This document shows, piece after piece, positions 23,500-36,412 of a stretch of 64,000 nt of DNA (positions within the stretch are counted from its first letter, which is position 1; the number at the start of each line of letters is the position of its first letter). The DNA comes from Macrostomum lignano (Eukaryota). Where the stretch lies: assembly GCA_002269645.1 (NCBI GenBank), contig NIVC01003257.1, forward strand, positions 19,708-83,707, in the 5' to 3' direction. A program made the translations under genes and the position numbers. The notes below the pieces were generated by a model, which made no database searches, was not told the DNA's origin, and saw only the letters and a list, made by a program, of their open reading frames with translations.

Positions 23500-24957
23500 A
23501 ATTTAATGTATCTGACGAGGGCGCCAAATTAAGTGTCTCAGGAGGGTGCGCAGATTGAGTGTCTGAGGAGGGCGCCAAGTTAAGTGTTTGAGGGCGCCAA
23601 ATTAAGTGTCTGAGAGCGCCAGATTGAGTGTCTGAGAGCGCCAGATTGAGTGTCTGAGAGCGCCAAATTGAGTGTCTGAGAGCGCCAGATTGAGTGTCTG
23701 AGAGCGCCAAATTGAGTGTCTGAGAGTGCCAGATTGAGTGTCTGAGAGCGCCAGATTGAGTGTCTGAGAGCGCCAGATTGAGTGTCTGAGAGCGCCAAAT
23801 TGAGTGTCTGAGAGCGCCAGATTGAGTGTCTGAGAGCGCCAAATTGAGTGTCTGAGAGTGCCAGATTGAGTGTCTGAGAGCGCCAGATTGAGTGTCTGAG
23901 AGCGCCAGATTGAGTGTCTGAGAGCGCCAGATTGAGTGTCTGAGAGTGCCAGATTGAGTGTCTGAGAGTGCCAGATTGAGTGTCTGAGAGCGCCAGATTG
24001 AGAGTGCCAGATTGAGTGTCTGAGAGCGCCAGATTGAGTGTCTGAGAGCGCCAGATTGAGTGTCTGAGAGCGCCAGATTGAGTGTCTGAGAGCGCCAGAT
24101 CGAGTGTCTGAGAGCGCCAGATTGAGTGTCTGAGAGCGCCAAATTGAGTGTCTGAGAGTGCCAAATTGAGTGTCTGAGAGTGCCAGATTGAGTGTCTGAG
24201 AGCGCCAGATTGAGTGTCTGAGAGCGCCAGATTGAGTGTCTGAGAGCGCCAAATTGAGTGTCTGAGAGCGCCAGATTGAGTGTCTGAGAGCGCCAAATTG
24301 AGTGTCTGAGAGTGCCAGATTGAGTGTCTGAGAGCGCCAGATTGAGTGTCTGAGAGCGCCAGATTGAGTGTCTGAGAGTGCCAGATTGAGTGTCTGAGAG
24401 TGCCAGATTGAGTGTCTGAGAGCGCCAGATTGAGAGTGCCAGATTGAGTGTCTGAGAGCGCCAGATTGAGTGTCTGAGAGCGCCAGATTGAGTGTCTGAG
24501 AGCGCCAGATTGAGTGTCTGAGAGCGCCAGATCGAGTGTCTGAGAGCGCCAGATTGAGTGCCTGAGAGCGCCAAATTGAGTGTCTGAGAGTGCCAGATTG
24601 AGTGTCTGAGAGTGCCAGATTGAGTGTCTGAGAGTGCCAGATTGAGTGTCTGAGAGTGCCAGATTGAGTGTCTGAGAGCGCCAGATTGAGTGTCTGAGAG
24701 CGCCAGATTGAGTGTCTGAGAGTGCCAGATTGAGTGTCTGAGAGTGCCAGATTGAGTGTCTGAGAGTGCCAGATTGAGTGTCTGAGAGCGCCAGATTGAG
24801 TGTCTGAGAGCGCCAGATTGAGTTCTGAGAGCGCCAGATTGAGTGTCTGAGAGCGCCAAATTGAGTGTCTGAGAGCGCCAGATTGAGTGTCTGAGAGCGC
24901 CAAATTGAGTGTCTGAGAGCGCCAGATTGAGTGTCTGAGAGCGCCAGATTGAGTGCA
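23500..24957. repeat. 22-bp minisatellite upstream of TAT CDS (probable 5' UTR intron)
   Basis: Unit AGATTGAGTGTCTGAGAG(C/T)GCC, ~60 copies. Confidence 0.97.
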
Positions 24958-25065
24958 TCTATACAGTGTGACAGAGCCAACACGGGAGAGTAACTGCGGA
25001 TGTACATGAAACTCCTGCACAACACAATGCATTGCAGATAAGAGTGTTCAAGCAGCTCAGCAATC

Positions 25066-28000
25066 ATGCGAAAGACTAGCGAAGTTGCTATCCAGCAACA
25101 GCAGCAACAGCAGAAGATGTCACTGAAACGCAAATCCATGCTAGCACAGAATCCTGCGAACGATATCGATGGGAGAATTGTGCCTGCCCCGAAGGAGCCG
25201 AGAACCAACGGATCCGCCGCCAACTTCAAGAAGCCTCTTATTCGAGTTCGCGAACAATGGCACTGCCCGATGAGTCGCATGGCTCAGTGCACCTCTAATC
25301 CGATTAGAAAAATTGTCGACCAAATGAAATTGACCCCCAATCCGGAGAAAAAGATGATCGCCCTGTCAATCGGCGATCCGACCATATTTGGTAATCTGTC
25401 TCCGCCGGAACAGCTTCTGGATTTGGTTGACAAGCGCCTGCGGAACGGCAAATGCAATGGGTACGCCCCGTCTGTTGGGTACGAGCCAGCCAGAACTGCC
25501 GTGGCCAAGTACTCCGTCTGCGAGGGATATCAAAATCTTGAGGCCAAGGTTTGTCTTTATTGTTGTGGTCTTGCTTTTGTGTCTTTTCAAACCGTCCTTG
25601 GATTCTCTTCAGTATGTGCCCCCTCAGTTGCTGTCCCCTCAGCTCCTTCAGTGGCTGTCCCCTCAGCTCCTTCAGTGGCTGTCCCCTCAGCTCCTTCAGT
25701 GACTGTCCCCTCAGCTCCTTCAGTGGCTGTCCCCTCAGCTCCTTCAGTGGAGCTGTCCCCTCAGCTCCTTCAGTGGAGCTGTCCCCTCAGCTCCTTCAGT
25801 GACTGTCCCCTCAGCTCCTTCAGTGGCTGTCCCCTCAGCTCCTTCAGTGGAACTGTCCCCTCAGCTCCTTCAGTGGAGCTGTCCCCTCAGATCCTTCAGT
25901 GACTGTCCCCTCAGCTCCTTCAGTGACTGTCCCCTCAGCTCCTTCAGTGGCTATCCCCTCAGCTCCTTCAGTGGCTGTCCCCTCAGATCCTTCAGTGGAG
26001 CTGTCCTCTCAGCTCATTCAGTGGCTGTCCCCTCAGATCCTTCAGTGGCTGTCCCCTCGGATCCTTCAGTGAAGCTGTCCTCTCAGCTCCTTCAGTGGCT
26101 GTCCCCTCAGATCCTTCAGTGAAGCTGTCCTCTCAGCTCATTCAGTGGCTGTCCCCTCAGATCCTTCAGTGGCTGTCCCCTCAGATCCTTCAGTGAAGCT
26201 GTCCTCTCAGCTCCTTCAGTGGCTGTCCCCTCAGATCCTTCAGTGAAGCTGTCCTCTCAGCTCATTCAGTGGCTGTCCCCTCAGATCCTTCAGTGGAGCT
26301 GTCCTCTCAGCTCATTCAGTGGCTGTCCCCTCAGATCCTTCAGTGACTGTCCCCTCAGCTCATTCAGTGGCTGTCCCCTCAGCTCCTTCAGTGACTGTCC
26401 CCTCAGCTCCTTCAGTGACTGTCCCCTCAGATCCTTCAGTGGGTGCCGCAGCCTAGTAAGGTGCTAACATGTGTTTCCAAAGGTATTGCATGTCTGTGTG
26501 ACTGCCAGCCGCTCTATAGCTCGTAGCTCTGTTTGACGTGACCAATAACCTCCCATGCTGCGGGCCGGTGGCTGTGCATTAGGTGAGCCAGCTGTAGTAT
26601 GGTCACTCAACTCCTGATATGATCTTAACACAGGCGCATTATCTTATCGGCAATAAGAAATAGTTTGTGACGCTCTGTTCGAGACTGCAGAAATCTAGTT
26701 AAAGATTTTTTAGTATTTTCGCTATAATTTTTGCTCTAGTTTTACGAATGGTTGACAAGCGTGACGTCACCGATTACAATGGCAGTTTATTCACCAATTA
26801 TAGCTCCTTACTCACCCATTCACAAACTTCAGTGTCATCCATTCACCGATATCAGTGCCATATTCACCAATATCAGTGCCATATTCACCAATATCAGTGC
26901 CATATTCACCAAATTCAGTGCCATGTTCACCAAATCCAGTGCCATATTCACCAATGTCAGTGCCGTATTCACCCAATCAAATATTCACAAAAATTCAGTG
27001 CCTAAAGCATCAGTCTTGGCTGTTAATTCCATCTTGAATTCTATTTCAGCTTAGGTCAATTTGGTGCTGTACACGTAGTACATATTTTTTTGCATTTTTA
27101 CGTTTCCAGTACTTTTAAAAAATCAAGTCCCGTGTTCACGCATTCACGCTCGTTCGTCGTGTAATTCAGCAAAAATTATAAACCTAAACCGTTATTAAAC
27201 AGGCTACAATGACCCGTTCTCTATGCAAACTGTATATCTATAGCGGTCGGTAGATAGATGCTTTATAGAAATTCTAGCATCTGACTACACGTGTGTCAGA
27301 CTTCAAAGAACGGAGACCGGCAAACGCAAGTACGCTTGTGTATACATACCAGAGCGAATTCAAATTGACCACGCTCAACTGGCGTGATATTTCAAGTTTG
27401 TACTTTGCGCTGCAATTACTCTGGCTGTCTTGCCTTGGGTGTATCTGCTGCTGCAGTACAGTTAAAGCTTGCATGCATTGTTCCTGAATAACTTATAATC
27501 ATTCTGGTCGATTTGCATTGAGTACATGCCTTTGGGAAGACATGAGAACAGGGGAAAAAGAATTGAGAACAGGGGAAAGGAGAATTGAGAACAGGGGAAA
27601 GGAGAATTGAGAACAGGGGAAAAGAGAATTGAGAGCAGGGGGAGGAGAATTGAGAGCAGGGGGAGGAGAATTGAGAGCAGGGGGAGGAGAATTGAGAGCA
27701 GGGGAGGAGAATTGAGAGCAGGGGGAGGAGAATTGAGAGCAGGGGGGAGGAGAATTGAGAGCAGGGGAGGAGAATTGAGAGCAGGGGGAGGAGAATTGAG
27801 AGCAGGGGGAGGAGAATTGAGAGCAGGGGGAGGAGAATTGAGAGCAGGGGGAGGAGAATTGAGAGCAGGGGGAGGAGAATTGAGAGCAGGGGAAAGGAGA
27901 ATTGAGAGCAGGGGGAGGAGAATTGAGAGCAGGGGGAGGAGAATTGAGAGCAGGGGGAGGAGAATTGAGAGCAGGGGGAGGAGAATTGAGAGCAGGGGGA

Positions 28001-30626
28001 GGAGAATTGAGAGCAGGGGGAGGAGAATTGAGAGCAGGGGGAGGAGAATTGAGAGCAGGGGGGAGGAGAATTGAGAGCAGGGGGAGGAGAATTGAGAGCA
28101 GGGGGGAGGAGAATTGAGAGCAGGGGAGGAGAATTGAGAGCAGGGGGAGGAGAATTGAGAGCAGGGGAGGAGAATTGAGAGCAGGGGGGAGGAGAATTGA
28201 GAGCAGGGGGGAGGAGAATTGAGAGCAGGGGGAAGGAGAGTTGAGAGCAGGGAAAGGAGAATTGAGAGCAGGGGGAAGGAGAGTTGAGAGCAGGGAAAGG
28301 AGAATTGAGAGCAGGGGGAAGGAGAGTTGAGAACAGGGAAAGGAGAATTGAGAGCAGGGGGAAGGAGAGTTGAGAACAGGGAAAGGAGAATTGAGAGCAG
28401 GGGGAAGGAGAGTTGAGAGCAGGGAAAGGAGAATTGAGAGCAGGGGGAAGGAGAGTTGAGAACAGGGAAAGGAGAATTGAGAGCAGGGGGAAGGAGAGTT
28501 GAGAACAGGGAAAGGAGAAACGAGGAGAGTATATAAGAAGCCAAGGGGCCACATCTTTCAGAAGAGTCTAAGTCCCGGAATTCGAACAAAATAATCCTAA
28601 AATCTTTCGAAACCCGCCCCAAACCCTCCCCAGGACGTGATCCTGACCTCGGGTTGCTCTTCCGCGCTTGACCTGTGCATCAGCGTGCTAGCCAATCCTG
28701 GGGATAACATCCTGATCCCCAGGCCGGGATTTTCCATCTACCGCACCCTGGCCGAGTCCCTGGGCATCGAGGCCCGCTCCTATAACCTGCTGGCCGACAG
28801 GCAGTGGGAGGTCGACCTCGCCCACTTGGAGGAGAGCATCGACGATCGCACAGCCGCCATCGTGGTGAACAATCCGTCCAATCCCTGCGGCTCTGTGTAC
28901 ACCAGGGAGCACCTCAGGGCCATCGCTCACATTGCCGAGCGGTACAAGGTGAGTTGCTGACCCTGTTCTGCCTTACCTGTGTCCCCTGTTCTGCCTTACC
29001 TGTGTTTCCTTTTCTGCCTTACCTGTGTCCCCTGTTCTGCCTTACCTGTGTCCCCTGTTCTGCCTTACCTGTGTTTCCTTTTCTGCCTTACCTGTGTCCC
29101 CTGTTCTGCCTCACCTGTGTCCCCTGTTCTGCCTCACCTGTGTCCCCTGTTCTGCCTCACCTGTGTTTCCTTTTCTGCCTTACCTGTGTCCCTTGTTCTG
29201 CCTCACCTGTGTCCCCTGTTCTGCCTTACCTGTGTCCCCTGTTCTGCCTTACCTGGGACACAGGTCCTGTTGTGTCTGTCTGTACCTGTGTCCCCTAGTG
29301 TATATCTACCTGTGTTCTTGTTGCGTGTGTCTACCTGTTGTGTCCGTCACACTTACCTGTGTGTGGTTTTCGAGCACCCTCTCCCCTGTACCCCTGAATC
29401 TCAATCTCTCTCGCCTTCATCACTAAAAGCTCATAACACTAATCAAACTCCGCGCACACAATCCAGGTGCCAATCATAGCCGACGAGATCTACGCCCATT
29501 TCGTGTTCCCCGGGCACGAGTTTCACTGGTTCGCCTCGGTTAATCCCAATGTGCCCGTGCTCAGCTGCGGCGGCCTCACCAAGCGCTGGCTGGTGCCCGG
29601 CTGGCGTCAGGGCTGGATTGTCATCTACGACGCCAAGGGCCACTTTGCCGAGGTGCGCAAAGGCCTGCTGGCGCTCAGCACCAGGATTCTGGGGCCCAAC
29701 ACCGTCTGCCAGGTGTGAGACTCTGCGATCTCTGTGTGACCTCTGATCTGATCTCACTCTTTTGATTCTTTCCTATCTCTAATCTCACCCCTACAGATTT
29801 CCCTGTATCTAATCTCACCCCTACAGAGTTCCCTGTGTCTAATCTCACCTCTACCGATTTTCCTAGCTCTAAACTCACCCCTACAGATTTCCCTGCGTCT
29901 AATCTCACCCCTACAGATTTCCCTGTATCTAATCTCACCCCTACAGATTTCCCTGTGTCTAATCTCACCCCTACCGATTTCCCTATCTCTAAACTCACCC
30001 TTACAGATTTCCCTGCGTCTAATCTCACCCCTACAGATTTCCCTGCGTCTAATCTCAACCCTACAGATTTTCCTGAGTCTAATCTCACCCCTACAGATTT
30101 CCCTGTATCTAATCTCATCTCATTCCTTCTAGATCTTCCTACCCATCTCTTATCTCACCCTCTCCAGATTTCCTTAATCTCACCTCCGCGGATCTAATCT
30201 CCGGATCGAATCTCATCCCAATCTGTAATCCCGCAGGCGGCCATCCCGGACATCCTGGAGTTCACCCCGCCGGAGTTCTACGCCTCCACGCTGAAGTGCA
30301 TCGAGGAGAACGCCAAGCTAAGCTACGCCAAGCTCAGCGCTGTGCCGGGACTCCGGCCAGTGATGCCCGAGGGCGCCATGTACATGATGGTGGGCTTCTC
30401 GCAGTCTGAATATCCCGACTTCCCAGACGAGATGGCCTTCACCGAGCGCCTAGTAACTGAGCAGTCCGTGTTCTGCCTGCCCTCTCGCTGCTTCGAGATC
30501 GGCATGTTCTTCCGAATCGTCCTGACCGTGCCGTCCGACATGATGACGGAGGCCTGCGACCGGATTGCGCAGTTCTGCGCCGCGCATCACCGACCGACAG
30601 GCAGTGCGGGCAATGGGAGCGTTTGA
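25066..30626 (+). CDS. TAT: Tyrosine aminotransferase (PLP-dependent class I), 477 aa
   Basis: Exons 25066-25548, 28634-28948, 29467-29712 and 30237-30626 join in phase 0 into an intact ORF. Motifs [65 protein letters not shown] (PLP Lys) and EQSVFCLP. Confidence 0.97.
25615..26440. repeat. 24-26-bp minisatellite, TAT intron 1
   Basis: Unit GTGGCTGTCCCCTCAGCTCCTTCA. Confidence 0.95.
26840..26975. repeat. 21-bp short tandem array, TAT intron 1
   Basis: Unit TCAGTGCCATATTCACCAATA, ~6 copies. Confidence 0.85.
27543..28520. repeat. ~21-bp purine-rich minisatellite, TAT intron 1
   Basis: Unit GAGAATTGAGAGCAGGGGGAG. Confidence 0.97.
28961..29256. repeat. 23-bp minisatellite, TAT intron 2
   Basis: Unit CCCTGTTCTGCCT(T/C)ACCTGTGT(C), 13 copies. 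Confidence 0.95.
29775..30125. repeat. 30-bp minisatellite, TAT intron 3
   Basis: Unit TCTAATCTCACCCCTACAGATTTCCCTG(C/T)G. Confidence 0.95.
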
Positions 30627-30784
30627 ATAGCGCGTGTCTTTACTGTAGCAATTAGCTTTGTTTTACCTGCTGCTCGGAGGTTCTTGACTGCAAATTTGAG
30701 GCTTTAATTGAATCCGAATTCAGACAAAGCCTGAAGTGACCCTGAAGTTTCTATTCAATTATGCCTGAAGTTTTTGTCTGTCCT

Positions 30785-31325
30785 TACCTGAAGGTTCAGA
30801 GGTCTGACTCTACCAATGACACCTGAAGGTTCAGATGACTGTCTGTCTCTACCAATGACACCTGAAGGTTCAGAGGTTTGTCTGTCTCTACCAATGACAC
30901 CTGAAGGTTCAGAGGTTTGTCTGTCTCTACCAATGACACCTGAAGGTTCAGAGGTATGTCTGTCTCTACCAATGACACCTGAAGGTTCAGAGGTTTTTCT
31001 GTCTCTACCAATGGCACCTGAAGGTTCAGAGGTCTGTCTCTACCAATGACACCTGAAGGTTCAGAGGTCTGTCTCTACCAATGACACCTGAAGGTTCAGA
31101 GGTCTGTCTCTACCAATGACACCTGAAGGTTCAGAGGTCTGTCTCTACCAATGACACCTGAAGGTTCAGAGGTCTGTCTCTACCAATGACACCTGAAGGT
31201 TCAGAGGTCTGTCTCTACCAATGACACCTGAAGGTTCAGAGGTCTGTCTCTACCAATGACACCTGAAGGTTCAGAGGTCTGTCTCTACCAATGACACCTG
31301 AAGGTTCAGAGGTCTGACTCTACCA
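30785..31325. repeat. 35-39-bp minisatellite downstream of TAT
   Basis: Unit TCTACCAATGACACCTGAAGGTTCAGAGGTCTGTC. Confidence 0.95.
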
Positions 31326-32509
31326 ATTACTAATCTATAATAATTAATTGCCTCTTTGAAGATCCAAATCTTATTTCATCTTGATCTTGTGTCATGCTAA
31401 AAATCAGGCAAACTCATAATTTTATTAATTATTCAAATTTTCAATGAGAATCACAGCCCGCGTGCTTATTTGCCTGTACATGTTTGCGTTGCGTTTTTAT
31501 TTCCACAATCGTGCGCCATTTATTTTGATTACTGGTAACAAGCGATAGATTAAAAATTTGTATCGTTTTTCGTTTTGATTTGTTAAAATTGATTCAATAG
31601 CGCTGCAAGTTTTGCCTGCTCCCTGTGAACTCCACTGATTTAGTTTTATTAGATGCCGTAAAATTTGATTTCATTTCCGTAGAAAATTTGAGCAATTCAA
31701 TAGTCATAAAATTTATCGTATTCGTACATTAAGTATTTATTATTTGTTACTTTTGGCCAAGAGTAGTATGAAATCGTCGATTGTATAGATATCTAATTGT
31801 TATCTGACTTTAATTGATTTGTTCACGCCTAACAAAGTACAGCTGCACCTCTGACCAAATTAATTCAATTACAGTCTGGACAACAATTAGAGGGCATAGT
31901 ATTCAATCAAACTGATAACAATATCTAAATTTTCCCTCAACAGTTTTAACTGCGTTATTCCTATTTGGTTCGGTCGGTTTTTTTCACAATTTTTGTTTTC
32001 AGGAATAAAGCTACTTTTACTACTATTATAACGCCAGTAGAGTAGAGCGAAAATCGCCAGATTTTTTTGTAATGTTTTCTTATAAATAGGCTTTCATCAA
32101 TTTGACTGGCAATGGACTAGTGAAAATATTCGTGCGTTTTTATCAATTTTATTTTCAAGAACCTGCGCACAGATACTAACTGTTGTCATCAATAAAATGT
32201 ACATACTGGTGAGCGCTCACTCAGTGTAAACTGCGTGCGGCTAGCTTGCCGTATTGGACTAATATTAACTTGATCCATACATTGTATAAGAAACAATGAA
32301 CTGCGGACGCGGTACTGTTCTTGTAATTAATATTTTCCTTAATGCACGCTTCATTGTTGTACATGTAGCTGCATGACAGATGAAGCACTGCGCTTTGCCT
32401 TCTGAGTCAACATTCAGCTCAAAGAACTTGATTTGGACTTTAGCGATGAATTTCTAAACCAAATTACATACTTTTTATAGGACGGTGGTGGCTCAGCAAA
32501 TAAAGATCT

Positions 32510-35500
32510 AGGAGGCTGGCCCAGCAACTGAGGATCTGGGAGGCTGGCCCAGCAACTGGGGATCTGGGAGGCTGGCCCAGCAACTGAGGATCTGGGAGGC
32601 TGGCCCAGCAACTGGGGATCTGGGAGGCTGGCCCAGCAACTGAGGATCTGTAAGGCTGGCCCAGCAACTGACACTCTGGGAGGCTGGCCCAGCAACTGAA
32701 GATCTGAGAGGCTGGCCCAGCAACTGAGGATCTGGGCGGCTGGCCCAGCAACTGGGGATCTGGGAGGCTGGCTTAGCAACTGAGGATCTGGGAGGCTGGC
32801 CCAGCAACTGAGGATCTGTGAGGCTGGCTTAGCAACTGAGGATCTGTGAGGCTGGCCCAGCAACTGACACTCTGGGAGGCTGGCCCAGCAACTGACACTC
32901 TGGGAGGCTGGCCCAGCAACTGACACTCTGGGAGGCTGGCCCAGCAACTGACACTCTGGGAGGCTGGCCCAGCAACTGAGGATCTGAGAGGCTGGCCCAG
33001 CAACTGACACTCTGGGAGGCTGGCCCAGCAACTGGGGACCTGGGAAGCTGGCTTAGCAACTGAGGATCTGGGAGGCTGGCCCAGCAACTGACACTCTGGG
33101 AGGCTGGCCCAGCAACTGAGGATCTGGGCGGCTGGCCCAGCAACTGGGGATCTGGGAGGCTGGCTTAGCAACTGAGGATCTGGGAGGCTGGCCCAGCAAC
33201 TGAGGATCTGTGAGGCTGGCTTAGCAACTGAGGATCTGTGAGGCTGGCCCAGCAACTGACACTCTGGGAGGCTGGCCCAGCAACTGACACTCTGGGAGGC
33301 TGGCCCAGCAACTGACACTCTGGAGGCTGGCCCAGCAACTGACACTCTGGGAGGCTGGCCCAGCAACTGACACTCTGGGAGGCTGGCCCAGCAACTGAGG
33401 ATCTGAGAGGCTGGCCCAGCAACTGACACTCTGGGAGGCTGGCCCAGCAACTGGGGACCTGGGAAGCTGGCTTAGCAACTGAGGATCTGGGAGGCTGGCC
33501 CAGCAACTGACACTCTGGGAGGCTGGCCCAGCAACTGAGGATCTGGGCGGCTGGCCCAGCAACTGGGGATCTGGGAGGCTGGCTTAGCAACTGAGGATCT
33601 GGGAGGCTGGCCCAGCAACTGAGGATCTGTGAGGCTGGCTTAGCAACTGAGGATCTGTGAGGCTGGCCCAGCAACTGACACTCTGGGAGGCTGGCCCAGC
33701 AACTGACACTCTGGGAGGCTGGCCCAGCAACTGACACTCTGGGAGGCTGGCCCAGCAACTGGGGATCTGGGAGGCTGGCTTAGCAACTGGGGATCTGGGA
33801 GGCTGGCTTAGCAACTGACACTCTGGGAGGCTGGCCCAGCAACTGAGGATCTGGGCGGCTGGCCCAGCAACTGGGGATCTGGGAGGCTGGCTTAGCAACT
33901 GAGGATCTGGGAGGCTGGCCCAGCAACTGAGGATCTGTGAGGCTGGCTTAGCAACTGAGGATCTGTGAGGCTGGCTTAGCAACTGAGGATCTGTGAGGCT
34001 GGCCCAGCAACTGACACTCTGGGAGGCTGGCCCAGCAACTGACACTCTGGGAGGCTGGCCCAGCAACTGACACTCTGGGAGGCTGGCCCAGCAACTGACA
34101 CTCTGGGAGGCTGGCCCAGCAACTGAGGATCTGAGAGGCTGGCCCAGCAACTGACACTCTGGGAGGCTGGCCCAGCAACTGGGGACCTGGGAAGCTGGCT
34201 TAGCAACTGAGGATCTGGGAGGCTGGCCCAGCAACTGACACTCTGGGAGGCTGGCCCAGCAACTGAGGATCTGGGCGGCTGGCCCAGCAACTGGGGATCT
34301 GGGAGGCTGGCTTAGCAACTGAGGATCTGGGAGGCTGGCCCAGCAACTGAGGATCTGTGAGGCTGGCTTAGCAACTGAGGATCTGTGAGGCTGGCCCAGC
34401 AACTGACACTCTGGGAGGCTGGCCCAGCAACTGACACTCTGGGAGGCTGGCCCAGCAACTGACACTCTGGGAGGCTGGCCCAGCAACTGACACTCTGGGA
34501 GGCTGGCCCAGCAACTGAGGATCTGAGAGGCTGGCCCAGCAACTGACACTCTGGGAGGCTGGCCCAGCAACTGGGGACCTGGGAAGCTGGCTTAGCAACT
34601 GAGGATCTGGGAGGCTGGCCCAGCAGCTGAGGATCTGGGAGGCTGGCCCAGCAACTGGGGATCTGGGAGGCTGGTTTAGCAACTGAGGATCTGGGAGGCT
34701 GGCCCAGCAACTGAGGATCTGTGAGGCTGGCCCAGCAACTGAGGATCTGTGAGGCTGGCTTAGCAACTGAGGATCTGTGAGGCTGGCCCAGCAACTGACA
34801 CTCTGGGAGGCTGGCCCAGCAACTGACACTCTGGGAGGCTGGCCCAGCAACTGACACTCTGGGAGGCTGGCCCAGCAACTGACACTCTGGGAGGCTGGCC
34901 CAGCAACTGAGGATCTGAGAGGCTGGCCCAGCAACTGACACTCTGGGAGGCTGGCCCAGCAACTGGGGACCTGGGAAGCTGGCTTAGCAACTGAGGATCT
35001 GGGAGGCTGGCCCAGCAACTGAGGATCTGTGAGGCTGGCCCAGCAACTGAGGATCTGTGAGGCTGGCTTAGCAACTGACACTCTGGGAGGCTGGCCCAGC
35101 AACTGAGGATCTGAGAGGCTGGCCCAGCAACTGACACTCTGGGAGGCTGGCCCAGCAGCTGAGGATCTGGGAGGCTGGCCCAGCAACTAAGGATCTGGGA
35201 GGCTGGCCCAGCAACTGAGGATCTGGGAGGCTGGCCCAGCAACTGAGGATCAGTGAGGCTGGCCCAGCAACTGAGCATCTGGGAGGCTGGCCTAGCAACT
35301 GACACTCTGGGAGGCTGGCCCAGCAACTGACACTGGGAGGCTGGCCCAGCAACTGAGGATCTGAGAGGCTGGCCCAGCAACTGAGGATCTGGGAGGCTGG
35401 CCCAGCAACTGGGGATCTGGGAGGCTGGCTTAGCAACTGGGGATCTGGGAGGCTGGCTTAGCAACTGAGGATCTGGGAGGCTGGCCCAGCAACTGACACT

Positions 35501-36412
35501 CTGGGAGGCTGGCCCAGCAACTGAGGATCTGAGAGGCTGGCCCAGCAACTGGGGACCTGGGAGGCTGGCTTAGCAACTGAGGATCTGGGAGGCTGGCCCA
35601 GCAGCTGAGGATCTGGGAGGCTGGCTTAGCAACTGAGGATCTGTGAGGCTGGCCCAGAAACTGACACTGGGAGGCTGGCCCAGCAACTGAGGATCTGAGA
35701 GGCTGGCCCAGCAACTGAGGATCTGTGAGGCTGGCTTAGCAACTGAGGATCTGTGAGGCTGGCCCAGCAACTGACACTCTGGGAGGCTGGCCCAGCAACT
35801 GACACTCTGGGAGGCTGGCCCAGCAACTGACACTCTGGGAGGCTGGCCCAGCAACTGAGGATCTGAGAGGCTGGCCCAGCAACTGGGGACCTGGGAGGCT
35901 GGCTTAGCAACTGAGGATCTGGGAGGCTGGCCCAGCAGCTGAGGATCTGGGATGCTGGCCCAGCAACTGGGGACCTGGGAGGCTGGCTTAGCAACTGAGG
36001 ATCTGGGAGGCTGGCCCAGCAGCTGAGGATCTGGGATGCTGGCCCAGCAACTGGGGACCTGGGAGGCTGGCTTAGCAACTGAGGATCTGGGAGGCTGGTC
36101 CAGCAGCTGAGGATCTGGGAGGCTGGCTTAGCAACTGAGGATCTGTGAGGCTGGCCCAGCAACTGACACTGGGAGGCTGGCCCAGCAACTGAGGATCTGA
36201 GAGGCTGGCCCAGCAACTGAGGATCTGGGAGGCTGGCTTAGCAACTGAGGATCTGGGAGGCTGGCCCAGCAACTGAGGATCTGGGAGGCTGGCCCAGCAA
36301 CTGACACTCTGGGAGGCTGGCCCAGCAACTGACACTCTGGAAGGCTGGCCCAGCAACTGACACTCTGGGAGGCTGGCCCAGCAACTGACGCTCTGGGAGG
36401 CTGGCCCAGCAA
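32510..36412 (-). repeat. 28-bp satellite family, ~3.9-kb array (copy B)
   Basis: Plus-strand unit CTGGGAGGCTGGCCCAGCAACTGAGGAT with GACACT, GGGGAT and GGCTTAGC variants, roughly 140 units. Confidence 0.98.

Noticed and set aside
23444-25280. 476-566 aa ORFs (LNLALSDTQSGALRHSIWRSQT repeats)
   Set aside because: Artefacts of the 22-bp array. The same applies to ORFs over 17860-18404, 19297-20264, 27416-28622, 39391-40367, 52166-52600 and 57315-58188.
25549-25902. C-terminal APSVAVPS extension of ORF 25066-25902
   Set aside because: Read-through into intron 1; the TAT frame leaves at the donor at 25549 and resumes at 28634.
27274-27487. Short overlapping ORFs in TAT intron 1 as a nested gene
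   Set aside because: No motifs, no consistent splice signals, and length is within chance expectation.
28634-30626. Horizontal transfer of TAT suggested by high GC
   Set aside because: The gene has spliceosomal introns and metazoan TAT-type motifs, and GC-rich exons also occur in FBXW5.
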